Part shown: positions 12,601 to 25,615 of the stretch, one piece after another
Layout of the letters: every line of letters begins with the position of its first letter
How positions within the stretch are numbered: position 1 is the first letter of the stretch
Source: Fimbriosthenelais zetlandica
Taxonomy: Eukaryota
Length of the DNA stretch: 64,000 nt
Assembly (NCBI GenBank): GCA_977030845.1
Contig: OZ365114.1
Coordinates: forward strand, 18,848,001 to 18,912,000
Reading direction: 5' to 3'
Notes under the pieces: generated by a model
What the model was told of the DNA's origin: nothing
What the model saw: only the letters and a program-made list of their open reading frames with translations
Database searches by the model: none
Translations under genes and position numbers: made by a program

Positions 12601-15239
12601 GTACCCTGGAGGTAAACAACCAATATAATCAGATGCCAATGAAGAGTTGCAGGTATCCAGTTACTATACCACTTTCTACACTAGTTAGATTACATATACC
12701 CAGCTGCTATCCGGCAGTAAGTGGCCCATATATAAATCACTATGAAGACTATGCCAACTGCCTTTAGTGGTTACCCACAAAGTAAAAGTGGATGGGTAAC
12801 ATATTGTAGATTTGTGGTACTCACACCTGAAATAGGATCCTTTGGTACCCAATGACCAGATTAAAGCCCCGGAAAAATAATCATTATTGATTGCTGCAAC
12901 TGTAATTGATTACCGCAAACATCAGGTTATTGAAACAGGAAGCTGCTATGTGCAGGCAGTCCTTGCATTGACATTGCCTTGAACCAACGAAAGTTATTTT
13001 ACTCCCCTTGCTTGAACTCGCATTCATTCTTCCCAAAAGTCAGAGACATGTATGACATGGTAGTACATGTGAGTTTAGCTCTCCTTCATATAGCTGCATA
13101 GAAGCACTTTTGGGGGAAATCATGGATATAACAATTATTATTTCATGTTAACAAATACATTCATAATGTATAGTTATCATTTCTCATGTATCTCGACAAG
13201 CACAGCTCCCAGCATGACGTCCCTACATGTCAGACCATGGTATGTAAACTTCCGAGAGCTGCACCACAGGGTGTCGTAATTGATTTTACGACTACCGTAT
13301 TCCGGTCGCACGGAGATCAAGTTACCTTGGTAACTGGTGGGAAACGAGCTACTCGGCCACCTGGCCGCGACCCGGAGAAACAGGGCATTATGGGATGTCA
13401 GGAAGGAGCAGGAGGAGAAATAGGGGTCAGAGACTGTATGTGTGTTTGTGAGCAATCTGAGATTCCTCACGTCAGAGGCTCGATCATCATTTTGTGAAGC
13501 CTTCTCACTACATACATTCTAATTAGATATTACAACCACATTTATCCTCGTATAGGGCCTATACGAGGTCATGAACTGAGTGACTTGCCTATTCCGTGAG
13601 AAACACGATGTTTAGCTTTCTGAGATCTCTTACGTATTGCTATTTATCGTTAGTAGTGAATGATGTAAACTTGGAGTTTTGGTACTATTTCCTCAGTCAA
13701 ACTTCTAAACCTAAAAAAAAGACTTCCAACGGACTAAAGTAGTAGGGTAAATTGGAAGGAGTCATTGGGGATTATAATATGTACTGAGTAGCCTAATCAT
13801 TTAGAAAGATCAAGGCATCATTTGCCTATTATGATGGAACACATGTGTACCTTAAAGGAAGGGGAAAAACTGGAGCAGGGGGATGATTTAATGGCCTTTT
13901 TATCGCAACAGTCCCATGTAGAATCTTCTTCAAAGGGTACTATAGTAATTTTGCCCCTGTAGTGAAACATAACATCACTCTATGGGCAGAAAAAGCGTGC
14001 AGGCGGCGACTGCTGTTACTAACAAATCAGTCGTTTATCTCACACTCATTTACACACAAATCACACGCGTTAACTATATCCTACATCCACCTCCAATGAT
14101 CCGACAAGTGTCGGACGTATGGTCGGAGCGTGGTGCGCTGGTTGTCCGCAGCATGTCGCTGCGGCGCTCTGATGACAGAAGAGCGCATGCGTGAGTGTGT
14201 CGGACGCCTGGCGCTAGGTGGCGTATGAGTGGCGGGCGGGGCGCCATCCGCTGAACCGCTGACTGGCCGTGTGCGCCCTGTCAGGCCGCTTAACATTGCA
14301 TAGCGCCGAATACACCATGTTTATTGTTTAATGGCTTCTAACACAGCTCATTGGACGACGAGAACAACTTGAGGTTTGTGGCAGCCACAAATATAATAGC
14401 CACTAAAGATGTTTTCTTTCTTTAAAATTTATTAAATGTTACAGTAATGATTGGCCAAAACTTGAATGATACTGACATGCATCATTTGGCCTCATTGCAC
14501 AACCTTGCAGTTACTTTATGGGGAAATGACAAAAATGAGTATAATGCAACTTTTCCCAATGTATCTGCAGAAGTTCCAGCTCCTCTCCATCCTGGCTGGC
14601 TTCCTGTACAATACAGCATCGTGGGAAGAGGTCACTGATCCAAGTGAGGTCAGCTTGTATTTCCAGGTCTGAACTTCACAACATACTATGAGCCATTACC
14701 GTGTGTTGAAAGTATATGCTACGTGTCCATTATGTTAACCCATAACCTCCACCTAAATCATATAGTACATATTCTTAAAGAGAAGATGCATTTTACTCCC
14801 CTAACTTCTGATTTGGGGGCCATACAAAGCAATAGAAGTACCGTACCTAAGCCTACCAAATTTAGACGCAAAATTCGAAGGCACCAAGGCTCTTTACCAG
14901 AGTCCAGAGCCTTTAAGATCCTGGCTCAGAGCCCATCCTCGGAGGGCAGATGAACGGTGGCGCCCCTGGCGGGGGACGCCCTCACGAGCTTGTCAGAGCA
15001 GATTCAGTCTGATACCTACCACCGTTCACACGCTCCTAACGTCCGTCATACCAAGCTGGTGGTCGCCCAACCAGAAAACTCATATCAAACTGACGTGACT
15101 CACTGCTTCCTTAACGCGGACATCACATGTTAGAGACCTACTCTATAAACGCCTGGGCCACATCCAAGTCTTAAAACAAGAATCTTTTATGCCTTAAGCC
15201 CCAAATGTCCACCTTTTTCGAAACGTACGTCAGTTAAAA

Positions 15240-15399
15240 TTGCTGAGAAAGTACTGAAAGTCAGTTGCTTAGAAAGCACTGAATGTCATTTGCTGAGAAA
15301 GTACTGAAAGTCAGTTGCTGAGAAAGCACTGAAAGTCAGCTGCTGAGAAAGTACTAAAGTCAGTTGCTCAGAACGTACGTCAGATGCTCAGGAAGTCAG
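15240..15399. repeat. 25-bp minisatellite, about 5 full copies plus decaying copies
   Basis: Unit TTGCTGAGAAAG(T/C)ACTGAAAGTCAG repeated head to tail. Confidence 0.9.
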
Positions 15400-16439
15400 T
15401 GGACATGGAACATTGAACCCTGGTCGTCACAGACTGATATCTGGTGGTTCAGCTGCTTTAAAAAGTCATATCTATTTATCATGCGAACCTGTTATTATTG
15501 CTGGGCCAACATATTCAGATAGCCAGGATAATGAGCTATATATCATAACTATGTGTATGTAAATGTTAGATATACCTGATAGTTAACTTAAGTGTTTAAA
15601 ATGGATGCGGCAATGGGTGGGGATAATTGCCATTCCAGCTGCCAGGTACTGGGGGAAATACATGGAAATGTGTTCTGTTTTCCCAACCTGTAGGCATATC
15701 AATCATTCAGTCAGTGTCTGAAGCCCAAGACAAGTCTAAAGTATTATAGACACACATACTCCACACATACCAGATGAGGAGGTTTCTTTAGCAACCACTT
15801 TCCCACGGTTCCACGCGTGTGGAGCTTGTGTTGCTGAGGTGCATGGGGAAGGTGTAGGAGGAGAGAGATGGGAGAATAGGGAGGGGAGGGGTTGGGGGCC
15901 AGGGAGAGGGAGTGTGGGTGAGTGGGTGGGGGTTAGTTGACATGAGGCCCTGAACGTGGATTGCCAGGGAAAGTTTCCAAATAAAGGTACACGTGTATCC
16001 AGGTGTGTGATACCTAACTTAATGTTACTGCAAAAGTGGAACATGAAATTTTATAAATATGGATGCATTGCTCAGCAAGAAGATGATTAGGACAATGCCT
16101 TACCCCTAATCGTAATTTATCCCTCCTTGATTGTTGTAATATATGGCAATGAAGTAAGGAAGATCATGTTAGAGCTGCTCACTCTTATTACCTGCCTATT
16201 GTATTTGGTCCATCTAATAGAATTATGTTGAAAGAAAAACTGTGATTAAGATATGCAAACAAAGAAAGTATGGTAAACTAAATTTACAAAAGTTAAAGGG
16301 TGAAACTTTTCCCAAATGTGATAACATCTTTTCACAAACTTCTATTTTTGTATTGCCTCAGAACAATCTCTTCAGGGTTATCCATGAAAATTATTATCCA
16401 CGTTCCAGCCGAGCAGCTGGCTTCGGGGCAAAACCCAGC

Positions 16440-16630
16440 CAGCCAATGAGAGCTGATGTTTTATACTCGCGCTACCAATGAGCGCCCAGCTCCCAGCTGA
16501 CAACACAAGGGGTTGCTGGCACTCGGGCTGTCAATCATGGCTTATTTGCCAGTAGGGACTGCTGAAGGGGCACACCCCCGACCCCACATGCTTTAATAGG
16601 GACTGGGAGCGTGGGAAAGGCAGTCAGTGA
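16440..16630 (+). promoter_or_regulatory. Putative Hey proximal promoter
   Basis: CCAAT at 16443 and 16475; reverse-strand PBX/MEIS decamer TGATTGACAG at 16528-16537; TATA-like TTTAATA at 16592; CSL site CGTGGGAA at 16610; Inr-like TCAGT at 16624; ATG at 16946. Confidence 0.6.
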
Positions 16631-16945
16631 AAGCTTAACTATCAGAGGGTGCAGACGAGCTGGTTCCAACATTCTGCACTTTATTGGAACATTTTGGAAG
16701 TGGCACACTTTTACATCAGAGTGCTAACGGGACTTCATTGCTGAACAACTAAAAAGCCTGGATATTATCTTTATAGATATTTATCCCTTTTCCAGACATT
16801 TTGTGGTTTCCTTCAAGTACATCTGAGGATTTTTACATAAAAGAGGATATCAGTTTCTGGTGATAAGAAGTTGAAAACTCAACTACCTGGATACTTGCTC
16901 AAATATTTTATTAGTTGATTTGATTGGATCTAACTAATGACAAAC

Positions 16946-19900
16946 ATGAAGAGAAGCATCAGTGATGTGGATTCTGACAGTGAGGGGGACTTTGACGACT
17001 ACAAAGCTGGGTAAGTGTTTATTATCTGTATTTATTTAAAGTTTTCCACTAATATCTAACATTAAGTCAGCATTTGAATGTTAAAAACAATAGTATTACT
17101 GTGCATTAAAACACTATTATCCCAATATTGAATCATCTAATTCCACATACTATTGCCACTTACTTCAACGCTTTTACATGAAAAGTAGGAATTAAAGCTG
17201 AAAGAACGTGATATTATGCTGTTGTTTCAAATTTTTAATTATCTTCGTCTTACAAGAGTGTTAAGCTTTGCCATTAATTAGTCGTGTAAATAATCAATTA
17301 AAGTTTTTCGGGGTTTGGATTTTTCAATGCTCTCTCTTTCTGTCGCTTCTCCTGAATGCATTGGAGGGTAGGATCTACCTTAGAGAATGTGATATAGGAT
17401 ATGTGTGGATTGATTTGTTATCTGACTGTCTGTCTTCATCTTTCCACAGGTCTCCATCCCAGAGTTGTGGCGCCCCCTCCGACCGGAAGAAAAGACGTGG
17501 GGTAAGTGAATTCTCTTGGCACATATTTCACCTGTTTCTTATATACATTCTTCTTCACATCTGAATCACGCCAACTGCGCAGTTAACCAAGGAATTCGAG
17601 CGAAAATTCGAAATTCCAAACAAAAGTTGAAAATCTATAACTTACCGAATGTATAATGTTTTTCTTTTTAGAAAATCATTAACATTAATAAGTATTTGAG
17701 ATTATACATTAGTTGCAAAATTTAGACCATTGCGAACCACAAAATGAGGGGCGCCATGCAGACTGTTGTGGATGGTTTCTGGGAATCTACCTGCTCCCAA
17801 TTTCCTCCACTTGCTCGTGACACTCGGTACATGATATGATAAGTTATTGAATCAGTACCAGGATGGACATTAAGTATAATAGGAGCCGAGTGACAGGCTT
17901 GCTTTGGCACCATGCACCTGGTCCTCGAGATACCGTGACACGCGGGCTGCAAGAGCAGCAATGCTTGGCAGCCAGTGCGGCAGAGGCTGCGCGGACTATA
18001 GTCCTGGAACCGCTTATGGGCCACCGTAGAGCAACGCGAACACCTGCCGCGCGGCAGCCCCCAGCATCCCTGGCTGGGTTGGCATGAGTGGTGTTAATCG
18101 TGGTGGTGCCACCATAAGGCACCTGATTAAGTTAGGGCTGACACGAGCATAATGATTGTAATGAGATTGTTTGGATTATTGAGCACTTAGAATTGTTAAC
18201 TTAATCCACGTTTGACACACAGGTGCAATGTGCCAACTCAGGGGTGTCCCTTATCAACATCATTGATTTTCAAGTGATTTCTATTTATTTCTATTATTTA
18301 TGCAAAGCCAAAGCTGTACAATATCCCACATAAATAAAAAGAACGGGGCTAGAGAAGTCCAAAGTGGAATTTCTAAAAGGGAACTACTGAATGTGAAAAT
18401 CGCATGGGGCAAAATAATATAAAACTGCATTTTGTTCGGGAATCCTATGAATAAGTTCAAATAAATAATGAACTTCATTTGTTTTTACAGATCATTGAGA
18501 AGAGGCGGAGAGACAGAATTAACAACAGTCTGGCAGAGTTGAGACGCCTCGTACCCACAGCCTTTGAAAAGCAAGGCTCAGCTAAACTGGAGAAGGCGGA
18601 GATACTGCAGATGACAGTAGATCACCTCAAAGTACTCCACCAAAAAGGTCAGTACATAATCTGTCACATTATACTCTTTATTAGTAGGTTTAGTATCTAT
18701 AATATGAATACAAGATCATTACACGAGATTTATAACTTCCGGAAAAATATACAGAGACAAAAGGCAGAGTGGTGGACATTGCAGTGAAGAGAAATTGTCC
18801 ATTTAGATTCACTTCCGGTCTTGAGACTCATGGGAAAGTTGCCTTAACTGCCAGGGAAATAGGGTGTGGATATCAACTGGTACACACTGATGCATAACAA
18901 CTTATAATCTGCCAATTTATTTTAGTTTGCCTGAGCAATTTAACCCCTATCAAAATCAGACGAATGTCTGGCCACAGAAGTGCAATTGAAACCCGTGCCC
19001 ATTGTGCGCCTTTGTTTGCATTCGTCGCTCTTTTGTCCACTTGGTGGTGGCATTTGTTAGTTTTGGTTTCTTTCGAGGCAGGAAAGAGGGAGAGTGGAGG
19101 GACAGGGCGCCTCAATCTCTCGTTTCCCACGCTCTGTAGCCAGCCTCCCTGCTGCTGCGGGCCTGTCTTTACTTCCTTTAATAACTTTCAGAGGGGGAGA
19201 CACTCATAGCTGACGTGCTCTCCTTGATAACCCGCTCTTCCATCTCTTACTGGGTTACAACAATAAATATGTTAATATTCACGTGTCATACCTCTTCCCA
19301 TCAGTTCAGATTTCGACATTCTAGCCATATTCAATTTGGTGCAGTGTTCTATCTATGCTAGGACTTGTATATGAACACAAATTTAGATTGATGCATATTG
19401 CTTTTGGAACAATGATGGTCATATTTTCTTTCCTGATTGATCGCCTAAATCCTTGCCAAGTGTGAACTTTTAACACTTGAGGGGAATTAAGTGAAACTTG
19501 ACCTGCAAACACCCGTTGTTATAAGGCGTGACACTAACCATGACGCGACACCCCAAAACTGCCTACGTCACAAAAGAGTGCGCACATTACGTCAGATGAT
19601 GCAAGTTACGCGAGAAATGCCGAGAGAAAGAATTTAATGGGCGGGATCTCCATTAGGTTACTTCTCGTAGGGACCATTCATTTCTAATCTCAATTAGTTA
19701 CACTAATGCACCCTGGGGAGAGCTTTGGGACGTGCTTTCGGTGAAGGAACTTGTGTTATGGTTTGCCTGCTGTCAATTCTAATGACAAGTCATTGCGATG
19801 ACCACAGGTGATCACATTTCATGCGCTCTGGCGAGGAACCTTGACTTATATCATGACTTATCAGTTGACTGATAAGCCAGTGTAGCTTGCACTAACGCCT

Positions 19901-22900
19901 GATAAGAAGGTGTGGGTGGGTGGGGCAAGCGCGATAAGGTCCCCATGAGTAAATCAATGTAAGAGCTGGCGGGTTACTGATTCCTCATGTCCATACCCCA
20001 GGGAGTTCATGTCAAGGTGTCAGCCTGGCTCTGGCACAGTTTGAAAGACAGGCTTCGATGATTATTTATCTATAAATCTGACATTAATACACACTCTATA
20101 CTAAAATATAGCTTGTTGTTTATTGTGAAAGAGAGATGCTTTTAAAATCAGTATGTTTAGTTTAGTACTTTCAAAGGTAGACCATTATGGTAATGAAGTT
20201 TCGTCTTAACTTTCCTCAGCCGTTTCCAGCCGTTTGAAATTGACTTATCAATATCACTTGACTTAACCGAAGCATTCAATATCAATGTTCATATTCAAAA
20301 CATACGCCGAGATGGCTGTCTGGTAGGTTTATATGACAGCCATTTATAATATTTGTACCCAAGTGTTGGGTTGCCTGTCAGTGACACTGCCAGTCACAAT
20401 GGGAGAATAATAGGAAGTTTTTCTAGTAGGAAGGCGTGGTGACTAGGGGAGGTCCTTCTCACGCCTTCAGCTTCCTTCTTCCTCCTCCCCTGCAGAGTAT
20501 TTAATTGAAAGTTGGCCACATAATTACACTTTACATCCACCCTACTTTCTGTGCTTAGTCTTGAGATTTTGGTCTTTGTAAACGATTCCCCCGACAAATC
20601 AGAGTTAAGGGGAAATATTATGTAACAAGAATCAACATTTCATTGTAATGTTTAACAATGTTGAATATATTAATTCGCAGCTTTCACATTTAATCTGTGG
20701 AAGCAATATTGTTGAAGAATATGGCTGGTTATAAGCACCCCCTTCATGGCATACAATGGGGAATGGGGAGAGAAATAGGGTCTCGCGCCAGCAGTCAAGA
20801 AAGTCTGGGCCAGGGTGTGGGGGTCTGTATAGGAGGGGGCTGGGGGTAGGGGGTATTAGATGGTTGAGTGGTGAAGCCTGGGGGTAGAACGTGTTAGACG
20901 TTGCGGATGGAGCCTGGCCATGAGGAAACATCAACACCCAACACCCTACACACACCACTCCACACTCGTGGGAAAGTCTCATGTCAAGACTGGCCAGAAT
21001 AGACTTGCCTACAATTATAAACAACCGCTGATTTATGTCACACCCACGTGCGATTAGGAGTATATCTGTACTTCCCCTTGACCAGCCATTAAAAGATAAG
21101 CAGGACATCCATGTATGGCAAAATAAAATAGAGAGCCATTAGACATTCAGTAGACTGGCATCAGTGAACTTTATTTAATCTGCCATCACATAAATAGGAC
21201 TGGTCTCAATAGGACAGTAAATGGGGCTACCCCCTACCACCCCCACCCCCCTCCCCTTAATTTTCAATGACCAAAATATTTCCAATCTTGAAATTGAGCT
21301 AATTTGTAGATTGGAATGTATGGGAGAGAGGGCCATCGCGGCTTGGCTCTCAAGATCTATGTGTAAGTTGGTCCATGCGGTGAAGGACACCCGTTTCAGA
21401 CTTAATGAGCAATTTTCTCACCTACAGAGGAGAAAGGGTGTAATTTGCCAGTTAGCCTGGGGCATATGACAGCGGCCAATTTAGAGGTGGCTCTAATCTG
21501 TGGGTTATAATGACGCGGTGGGAGGAGTAAGAGAAGGAGGATGATAGGGAAGTGCATGGGGAACTTGAAATTCATTTGGTTAGCCTGCACATTCCCATTT
21601 CTCATCTTAAAGGCCCAACAGAGAACGACACGCCTTTCTTACAAAAGCCTGATTTGCTTTTATTTTCCCTTTATTTAACGATGGATTAAAAGAGAGTTTC
21701 GAGTGAGAGGTGCCAAACTGAGGTGCCAAAAAGCTTGAGTGTGCCCCCACCCCCTGCCGGCCCTTTCCACTGAGGGGTGCTCTACTGAGCCACATTCCGG
21801 GACCAACACAAACCGTGAGAAAATCCGGCCACCCAGGCCCAAATCTTGATACAGACAGGCGGTAAAATAACCCTGGTGCTCCGGATGTCTTTGAGGGCAC
21901 ATGTCAGCCCGCGGCTATGCTGGCCTACCTTGATATATGCTTCCCTCACTTCAGAGGCTTCAGACGGAGCGTTGAGATAAAATGAATATAATTAATAGAT
22001 AACCCCCCTCGATGGGCACTTCAGAGGCTCCTAATTATCACTTGGTGCACCATTGCCTCGTTCATTAAGGATTCATTATCTTACAAATGGACCAATCCCA
22101 CCTCCGGCTTTTCATCTCGTATCCATCACTCTGCCTGTCTCTTTTACTTTACACTAATAAATTGGCAAAATCATTAGATTTTCTAGTGTACATGTATAGT
22201 AAATGTTATCATAAAGATGTTAATACTTTCCTTTGGCTAACAGGTTCTTGTATTATATTTTTCAGGTCTCAATGGCTATAACATCGACCCCACCACACTG
22301 GCCATGGATTACCGCAGTGTTGGCTTCCGGGAATGCGCAGCGGAAGTTGCGCGTTACCTCGTCACTGTAGAAGGTATGGACATCCAAGACCCACTGCGCC
22401 TGCGCCTCATGAGCCACCTCCAATGTTTCAGCGCTCAGAGGGAGGCTGCCAGCAAACACACTCTACCAGGCTCCCTATCAGGGGGTGGATGGAACAGCCA
22501 TAGCCAATACAGCAGCAGTGCTATGCCCCCTCCTCCCCCGGGTATGATTCCCCAACATCCTGCCCAGGACCAGATCCCACCCTACCCCGGAGCCATGTCA
22601 CATACGTCTAGCCTTACCGGCTGCCCGGACGGTGCCATGTCCAGAATCGCGCCCCCTCATCCGGCCAGCGAAACGTCCCACACTCATAACATGAACTCTC
22701 ATATCCGGTTGCCAACGACAGCGAGCGTGGCGCCATCTATGCCCACAGCCTCCAGTGCCGCCACGTCATCCCAAGTGTCGTCTTCCATGTTACACAGTCA
22801 GTTTCCCAGCGTTCATACACAGTTCCCAGTCAGTTTGAGCGTCAACTCAATGCCTATGCTCTCACCATCAGGTTCACACTACAGTTCCACAGGCACCCCA

Positions 22901-22978
22901 CTCAGTCAAACTGGTTCATCCATGGGTATGGGTTCAATGAAACCATACAGACCATGGGGTGCAGAGCTTGCATATTGA
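16946..22978 (+). CDS. Hey: Hairy/enhancer-of-split related with YRPW motif (bHLH-Orange repressor), 328 aa, 4 coding exons
   Basis: Exons 16946-17010, 17450-17501, 18491-18647 and 22266-22978 have canonical splice sites and compatible phases (987 nt). The basic region [53 protein letters not shown] has the Hey-diagnostic Gly. Orange domain [19 protein letters not shown]; C-terminus [12 protein letters not shown]. Confidence 0.97.
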
Positions 22979-24900
22979 CTTCATTAGTCTTAGGTGTAAC
23001 CTATTCTAAGACATCATCTAATATAAATATTATGTGCATGAACATTCATGATGCCCCGCGTTCATTTGCATCATCATCAATTGAATCATCGCTAAATCAT
23101 AAATCACCGAGAACTGTGCAATCATTTCCTTTAGAGGAACAAGAAGATGACTCACTTTGTTTCCTATGCATTATGTAAAAAAGATTAGTTTGGATTCAAA
23201 GAAAATATATTTATATAGTTTACATGGTCGATGTTGTTCCCTCACATTGTATATATTCTACCATTGACGTGTATGTTTTAATGAGTGCAAATCTGCTGTT
23301 GAATTTTATACACGAGTGACCCATTTGTTTTGGAAAATACCACAGCAAACTTATGCAATTCACATAGTGTAATGTGCCTTGAAATCGTTTAAAATGCGTT
23401 CAAGTTATGAAAACATATCAAAGAGAGAAATCTCCACTGTTGAAAACACATTTCTCCAGGCTACTGGCTAGTCAAACATAATACAAACATCCATAAAAGA
23501 AAGTTGATAAACAGTTTTAAAGTAGTTAAATCTAAAACATGTTTTGAGGAAATGAAGCATAATGTAAGGTTATAGACTTATTTATTTTGACACAAGTGAA
23601 ACAGAGGTTTTCTCTGCTGGTATAAGGATTCCTCAGTAATAACAGATACAGTTGATTTCATACAAGCACCACTTCGGTTTATATCTCTCTACCAAACGTG
23701 CTTGGTACTCAGGTGTTTAATAATTGATCTCTAGTCATAATAAGGACAGTCCTTCAGTACTGTCCTTCATGGTTGTGACTGTGTGTTTCTTTTTGCCAGT
23801 CTTACGGAGGTAAAAGGTCCCAATAAATGTATGCGTACTGCAGCTGCAGCTTATTCAATAATATGCTCTCTCTTTCAACCCAGATGTTTAATCTATGCAA
23901 ACACAGAGTGCCTTCTATAATATATTATGTACCATCCTGGTGATAAGTGCTTATGAATATGAAATACATTGCTTAATATCATAATTTTATATATTCTTCC
24001 TATTTACTATTAAGATGTGATAAACTGAGTTTATATCATGTCAGTTCTGATCTCGTATGAAAAGTGCTACGAGGTCAACTGCTCTAATACTGATGGGAGC
24101 TTATGTCTTCCAGTATTGGGTTTTGATCAAATGGATGCTTTTGCATGCTGTTAACAATAAGCCTTGCTATGCTCAAGAAGCCTGCACCTGTATAGATCTA
24201 TGGAGAACTATATCTTAGCTAGCTCTTCACCACGGTTTGCCTTGATTTTCTGTACTTCCAGTGAATGATGTAGTTTGGATGAATCTTCTTGATGATCTCT
24301 CCAAATCCTGGACCTTCTGTGAGACTGATATTGTGAATAGATCTATGTACCATGTTGACAAGGAAGTGTCATAATTACTATGTTGTACACAGAGATGAAA
24401 GAGAAATACATTGAAAATAAAAACCTAAAAATATAATTCACGTGTCTGTACTGATGTTAACCTCATGATGTCATGCCAATATCCGCACTGCAGTGTTTAA
24501 ACTGCATGATATATAGACTACTTGTAATTTGAAGAATCATGTTGAGAACCGAAAAGTTATGAGGAATATTTATTTTATTCTAAGCAGCTTTGTGTATATT
24601 ATGGAAAATCATATCTAAGCGTGGGATAATTTAAAGGTGTCTGTTTTGTAATGGATATTTCTAAAGGTCAAAACAGAAAAAAGTCACATGTGGGTGGAAT
24701 ATTAAGCGGTCAAAGGTCAGTAGGAGGGGTCGGATTATCATTGCTCCAGCTTTGTTCTGGCCATTATTCCAGGAGAAACTAAACCCCTGGTCAGTTACTC
24801 TACCTTAGCCATGTCCATGGCCAACATCTCCCAGATGGGAGCAAAACATTGTCATAGCAACGGCCCACAAACAATAGCCCCCAGCAAAGTGACCACAGTC

Positions 24901-24990
24901 ATGACGTTCTCACGGTATGACGTGTTGAAAAGGGCATTCAAGACGTCAGCATGACGTTCTCACCGCGTCACATCCCAGACGTCAGCTTCA
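24901..24990. promoter_or_regulatory. Cluster of CRE/ATF half-sites in a short duplication
   Basis: ATGACGTTCTCAC at 24901 and 24951; AGACGTCAGC at 24941 and 24977; TTCTCACG (CSL) at 24908. Confidence 0.4.
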
Positions 24991-25615
24991 ATGGACGGGC
25001 TAGCGTGACTTGATTGTTCCCTTGTAGCAGATTTGTACGGCAATTAGCTAATTAAAGCAAATTAGTAAAATAATAGATGTCTGGTGGTGGACAGGGATGC
25101 TGCAGTCAGGGGGCACATGCGGAAATGCACGTCAAAGGGTTGAGTTGATAAATCTGAGAAGTAGAGAATTAGTCCGTTGAAATACATGCACATATTTAAT
25201 GAAGCATAGCATGTCTAACGACCATTCATTAAACAAAGCATGCATTAATTAAATCCAGCAAATCAATCAAATAAACTATCAATCCTATTTAAACTTAGCT
25301 TTGTGTAGAGGTCTTGGATTACGAAATCTAAAATTGCAGGACCCATTAAATGAAAATTGAACATAGTCACGATCATGGTCGATGTCTGATGCCTGGCTGA
25401 TGGCCTTGGTTACAAATAATGAGTAGTATAATGAAATAGGAGTAATTACATGGATCCATTATAGCCCCGCTCCCTTACTACACACATACCCTAGACCTAT
25501 ACATATGTATCTAGGCGTAGATAAAATCTCCTTTTTCCCAATCATAACATTGGAATTATTTAGACCTATGTTCCTTTCCCTCGGTTTTGTCAGGTACACG
25601 CAGGGTCGGTATCTT

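Noticed and set aside
20632-21108. 158-aa antisense ORF inside Hey intron 3
   Set aside because: Non-ATG start, spans G-rich low-complexity sequence, and has no family resemblance.
13590-21830. Su(H) paired site (SPS) as in Hes/E(spl) promoters
   Set aside because: None of the CSL sites I checked (13595, 15800, 16610, 20967) has an inverted partner 15-17 bp away.
22946-22978. Hey ends in [10 protein letters not shown] rather than vertebrate YRPWGTE(I/V)GAF
   Set aside because: As I recall, invertebrate Hey proteins such as Drosophila end in a very similar GAEMAY, so this is probably the ancestral state and not a novelty.
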